In this document: in pieces, positions 58,999 to 64,000 of the stretch
Numbering within the stretch: position 1 is the first letter of the stretch
Layout: each line of letters opens with the position of its first letter
Source of the DNA: Paecilomyces variotii
Lineage: Eukaryota
DNA length: 64,000 nt
Strand: one strand, 5' to 3'
Assembly (NCBI GenBank): GCA_004022145.1
Contig: RCNU01000005.1
Made by a program: the position numbers and the translations under genes
The notes under the pieces: generated by a model
What the model saw: the letters and a program-made list of their open reading frames with translations, nothing else
What the model was told of the DNA's origin: nothing
Database searches by the model: none

Positions 58999-60420
58999 TC
59001 AGCAACCTTTCCACCGCCATCCCACGCTCGCTCCTCTCGCCGCAACCAGGATCGAACCCCCCAAAAGCAAACACGTACCTCCCCATATTTGTGCCCCAAT
59101 ATAATTACCACCGCCGGCTAGAATCAACTTACCTGCCAACGGCGGTCCTGTCAGACATGGAACGCTAATAATCGTAAACACCATACCGATCCTGGTGCCG
59201 CTTTTACTCAGGTCTTTCGTCAAACTGGCCAGAGTTGACGGGAAGAGACCCTGGATCCCGGCAGCGAAGAGACCAAGGAACACGATCCAGACTAGGTCAG
59301 GTGCAAGGGCTCGTACAGACTGCCATGCGTAGAGACATACAGCGGAGAGGAAGACGACTGGAATGAGGACTGTAATCGCGCTGAAGTAGCGATCTGCAAG
59401 GAGAGCAGGGATCACGCGACCGGGGATTCCGACAGCGTTGAAAATAAGGAGGATATGGAAGGATGTAGTTTGTGATACGTGCAGGATATCGAGTGCATAT
59501 GGGCGAACCTAGATGTCGATCATAAATATCAATGGATTTCCATTGGTGTTGCTTATGCAACGGGAAGGATGACTCACGTAGTAATAAGCAAAATACGTAG
59601 CCCATAGTGTGAAGAACATGCCGATTGTAAAGAGTAGATAAGGCAACTCCTTGAAGGCTGCAAGGTCGATGAGCTTGCCAGTCTTGCGTGGTGGAATCCG
59701 TGTTTGGATGGTAGATACCACCACCGCGGTATTAAAGAGGACTACAAACGCCATGATACGAACTGTCCAGGGGAAGCCAATGCGAGGCAACAGCTGTTGT
59801 GCGATCAGGGGAAAGACAATTCCCCCAGTTGCGGCGCCGCTCGCAGCTGACGAGATAGCAATGGTCCGTTTTGTCGTGAAGTAGGTCGAAACCAACGCAA
59901 TTGTCGGACAGAAGATGAGGCCATTTCCCAGGCCCTGACATATGCCCTGCGCGAGAAATAGCTGCCAGTATCGCGTGCAGAGGCTCGTCATGAATATACC
60001 GAGCACCTGTAATATGCTTCCGGATATTAGCACCCAGCGGTAATATCCTTTGTCCAAGGCGGATCCCGAAACAGAGCCGATGAGAAATATCAAGAAGAGC
60101 TGGATGCTGCCGATCCAGGAGATAGTGGACGCGGGAAGAGAGAGCCATGACGAGTAGTAGGCCTGGAATATCCCGAAACTATTGGCATATCCCCAGGTGT
60201 TGAATACAACGAGGTGGCCTGCGAGGACTTGACGCCAGGCCACGATACCTCCATTTGGTGGTGGGGGATGACTTGATAACGGAACGACAAGTGTCGGCTC
60301 TGAAATAGATTTCTCATGTTGATATTCAGAGTCCGATGTAATTGCAGCTTCTTCAGGTTTATCTGAATTGACACAGTGGGCGATTCCCTGCGTTTCTACC
60401 CCGGACTGTGAATCGGACAT
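58999..60420 (-). CDS. MFS transporter, monocarboxylate transporter (Mch/riboflavin transporter-like) family, one intron ~59511-59577
   Basis: PPPNGGIVAWRQVLAGHLVVFNTWGYANSFGIFQAYY, SWIGSIQ, LAQGICQGLGNG, STYFTTKR, GTRIGM and LTGPPLAG; about 12 TM segments. Confidence 0.9.
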
Positions 60421-61472
60421 CGTTGCAACTGCGGGGACCCCGACTTTTTGTCGGTGAAAATAGAGAAGATAAGCAGATTAGACCCCGCTACTGCATAGAG
60501 ACATTCACAGAAGAAGAGATCTCGATTCACTCGCTGCAGTGCTTCATTCAGGAACAAAATCGACTGAAATTACAATCGAGAAAATATTTGACTTCGGAGT
60601 CAGACCCCATTTCTGAATGACTCTAAGCGGCCGTCGAAGATCGGCCGGGATTTGGTCTGGAAAAGACCACAAAACACGCCTTATGGACTCATGGAGCCTG
60701 TTAACCAACGCCCCGCAACCCCGCTAACGCCTAGTACAATTTAGCTGCAGAATGCGGAGGGGCGAGGATATAGATTATAGAATAATTATCGGGTTTACTC
60801 CGTAGTGCAATTGGTGATATACGCCGCTGGTATAACTGAGATGTGAGAAGTCGATCGCTACGATGTATTCAAGTCCAAATATCAAGGGGAGTGGTAGAAC
60901 AATGAAAGTAAGTACTAAGAACAGGAAGCATGAGTAGATAAGATATCAGAATCGCTCAAGTCATAATCCTATTCGAAAATAGAGATGGGTACATATGCTA
61001 TCGTTTGGGGCCCGTAGAAAAAATACCTGCAAGAATTACAAGGGCTTAAAGGAGTAATGCAATTGGCGTGTGATCTATTGGTCACTCAAGGTAAAAATGC
61101 TCCGTCACTATGTATATTCACATCTCAATTGACTGCTGTGCTGCTTGTCTGCTTCCCTCGATTCAAATATCTATGGACAATGAGGTTCTTTATATTGCCC
61201 GATATTGAAGGCGGCATTCTACTTCTGCAGGATATCTCCGCCTTGTCCTCATTTCGCACAATGAATAATAACTCATATTTCCTTGTTTTAGATGGCAAAA
61301 CCCGGGAATTTGTAATGGAATAATGGAATCAATGGTAACTACCGCCTGTCCATGAAGAGAGATATGCAATAAGCAATTCCATATATATGTGGTAAGTCAT
61401 CGTCTTGGATAGAGAGTCAATCTTTCCCTCTTTCCAACCAAAGATCTGCCTAGGCACGAGATAGCATAAACA

Positions 61473-62425
61473 ATGGGGCTATATCAGCAGCAATACCCTC
61501 TGGCATTTCCTGTCATGGATTTCCGTCGTCGGTTGGATGAACGGCCTCCCATAAAGAGAGACTTCTACTACGTCTTTGGTTAGTGGTATTCCATGTCTTC
61601 ATCTTTCATAACAGGCTACTGATATCCAACTACGCAGGTGGTCCTGGCGCTGGCAAAGGCACAATCTGTGCTCGACTAGCACACGATCTAGGTCTCTTAC
61701 ACGTCTGCGTCGGCGATCTTCTTCGAGATGACCCACAATTGATTGACATGGAAGACGCAATGCGAGAAGGAAGACTGATGCCGAACTACGTGGTTGCAAA
61801 CGCTCTTGGGAAAGAGTTGTCCAGAACAACTGGCCCCGTTCTCCTGGACGGATTTCCTCGTAGTCAGGACCAAATGATGATGTTCCAGCACGATGTAAGT
61901 CTACTTATCCTTGCGCACTAATACCATTTTTTAGACTATTCAAATGAGACTCGTGCTAAGAACCTATCCTTTTCAAGTTCTGCCCACCAAAATACGCCTT
62001 ATATTTCTCTTGCGACAGTGAGACAATGGAACGTCGCGTTCTCGCTCGGGGCCAGACTTCGAACCGAATCGATGACAATATAGAGGCATTCTGCAAGCGT
62101 TACGTCCAATTTGAGACGGAGACTATGCCATGTGTCCATTCTATGAGAGGTATTAGTAGACTGGTCGAGGTAAGCATGTCCAAATATGAATCATTGTTGT
62201 GCTTAGATATTATATTTTGAGTTCTGGAGTTACTAAACTGGACCATCAGTTCAACTGTAGTGGTGATTTGGACGAAGTTTATGAGGATGTCAAGAACAAG
62301 CTTGAGGTATGTCTCCCATTTCTAAAAACTGTCACCGATATCTGGTTTAACGTGTGATGTAGCAACTCATGAATTGGGATGGGGAAGGGGTTTATGACTT
62401 TTACTTGATTGTCGTTGCGTCTTAG
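61473..62425 (+). CDS. Nucleoside monophosphate kinase, adenylate-kinase fold, short-LID UMP-CMP kinase (Ura6-like) divergent paralog; 5 exons
   Basis: Spliced: ...FYYVF|GGPGAGKGT (P-loop), HVCVGDLLR, LLDGFPR, RVLARGQTSNRIDDN and FNCSGDLDEVYEDV. Introns at about 61579-61637, 61895-61977, 62170-62249 and 62307-62362, all GT-AG. Confidence 0.85.
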
Positions 62426-62602
62426 ATGATGTCGCGTTGTAGATGAAATGAGAGTCAGATTAGATATGATTTTAAAAAAGCAATAGAAATGAGATATTGA
62501 GAATTTCCTCTTCTACGCTTTTCACTCGAGCATGCCCTTCACCACATGCCCATAATATCCACAAGAACAACCCCCAACCGCGAACAAAACACCTATCCAC
62601 TC

Positions 62603-63565
62603 TCAAAACTTAATAGGGAACTTTTCAAAATACGCAGACAACTTCCCCTGGAGCATATACTCCTTCTTCATCCCCTCCAATTCTTCTTCACTTTCTGCCT
62701 TATCAGGGAAGAAAAACCAGCGATACATCTCCATGAACTCATCAATATCCCTCTGAGCCTGCACTTCCTGTCCCCTATCCACTAACAGCTCCACCTCTCC
62801 AACACAGTGTCCGAAAGAGGTACGATCCAACGCAATCTCGAACCGCCCATCAGCGATAGCTAGCACCCGCTTCGTTTCGAAATCCGCAATGGGCCGTAAA
62901 CCAAAATAGACATCAGCCCCTGGCGCAGAAGGGATGTAAGTCTTCACTAGATCATGGATAGCTCGTGGACTGGTGAGTTCCTTGAAAGCTGTGCGGAGAT
63001 AATAGTCTTGTTCTTTCTCAGCAGTTGTTACTGATGGCGACGATTCAGTAGTAGAGGCGGCATTCTGACTTTCTCTCTTTTGGTGTTTCTGATGCGGAAG
63101 GATAAGACGCTGTTTGGCCTCCCATAGTTGATTGCGCTGCCTGATCCATATTCCGTTTCTTTCCAGAATACAACGCGTAGGTCCTCCAGCTTTGGCGTTC
63201 GCGTCACTGGTGGACGCGAGAGGAGCGTCGTAGTAGATATCGTGTATTTTCCGTTCTGCTTTGATTTCAAGCTTCGTGAAAGGAGGATTGCCAGATCCCT
63301 TTGTTAAAGATGCAAAGAGAGCAGGATTGTAGATGAACTTGCGCTCGATTTCGATTTTGGACATTTTGCTAAATCTCCCAGATTGGCTGTGATGCAGATG
63401 GCTAGTTCCTTGGAACCTTGACGAGAGTCTTCGAATGCATAGGGCGTAGATAGAGTGACTGGTGATCGAGAGCTTTTCATGAGCAGAGATTGGAAATTTT
63501 CTAAACAAAGAAAAATCGCCTAGGTATCTACGCTTCTGTCGGAAAACCCCGTCGCTGGCTGGCAT
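62603..63565 (-). CDS. CYTH / triphosphate tunnel metalloenzyme, thiamine-triphosphatase-like; core starts at Met 63364
   Basis: MSKIEIERKF (ExExK), DIYYD, GIWIRQR, WEAK, FETKR, IALDRTSFGHCVGEVELLV and GKLSAYF. A 67-aa R/S-rich N-terminal extension is present if the ATG at 63565 is used. Confidence 0.85.
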   Translation of the reverse strand: MPASDGVFRQKRRYLGDFSLFRKFPISAHEKLSITSHSIYALCIRRLSSRFQGTSHLHHSQSGRFSKMSKIEIERKFIYNPALFASLTKGSGNPPFTKLEIKAERKIHDIYYDAPLASTSDANAKAGGPTRCILERNGIWIRQRNQLWEAKQRLILPHQKHQKRESQNAASTTESSPSVTTAEKEQDYYLRTAFKELTSPRAIHDLVKTYIPSAPGADVYFGLRPIADFETKRVLAIADGRFEIALDRTSFGHCVGEVELLVDRGQEVQAQRDIDEFMEMYRWFFFPDKAESEEELEGMKKEYMLQGKLSAYFEKFPIKF

Positions 63566-64000
63566 GCGTTACTTACAACCACGATTCCTAGGACTATAAG
63601 TGGTTTTCATATGAACTGCTGGGAATAGACGCTTTATGGTTTCAAATAATAATCTTATTTACAACTAGAATGTTAGGACCTACGAAATCAATGCCGAAAA
63701 TAACTGCTACTGAGGCTATAAACAGCTGCATTTCCACCCATAACTCTCAGCGGCGAGCTGCTGCCTTAAAATGTTCTGCATAGATATTCTGCACCCGCTA
63801 AGCACTCTTTAGTCACCTCTTGGACTGATCTTTTAACTAACTCGCGCTCGACCTCGGTGAGCTTTAGTCTGTTTCAACTCCAGGATAACACCAAAAATGG
63901 CCTCCCTCACAACCAAATTCAGCTGGTTAATCTTAATCTGACATTCTGGAAATAATTTCTGAGAAGATATGGCGCGTTTCGAAAGTTGATAGTATACCTG

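Overview
This is eukaryotic DNA from a filamentous ascomycete, probably Eurotiales-like, judged from short GT-AG introns with CTRAC branch points and a typical gene set; the species cannot be determined from the sequence. Most of the window is housekeeping genes: an Osm1-type fumarate reductase, two MCT-like MFS transporters, a large coiled-coil protein, a GH17 Bgl2-type glucanase, Emp24, Ppn1, a 14-3-3-like protein, a HpcH aldolase, a glutaredoxin-like protein, a CHORD/CS co-chaperone and ethanolamine kinase. Decayed accessory stretches lie at about 1-4.5 kb and 34-39 kb, the latter with a Ty3/gypsy integrase relic. The main finding is a compact four-gene neighbourhood at 57.3-63.6 kb: viperin (RSAD2-like radical SAM), an MFS transporter, a divergent UMP-CMP-type nucleoside monophosphate kinase and a CYTH triphosphate-tunnel enzyme. 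It is a candidate fungal ddh-nucleotide (antiviral or antimetabolite) production, processing and export cluster and may continue past the window edge. Features missed by the ORF track include a 23-aa two-exon metallothionein, a frameshifted tautomerase pseudogene, a perfect 29-bp inverted repeat and an 8-exon micro-exon gene. All family calls come from motif recognition by eye, not database searches.
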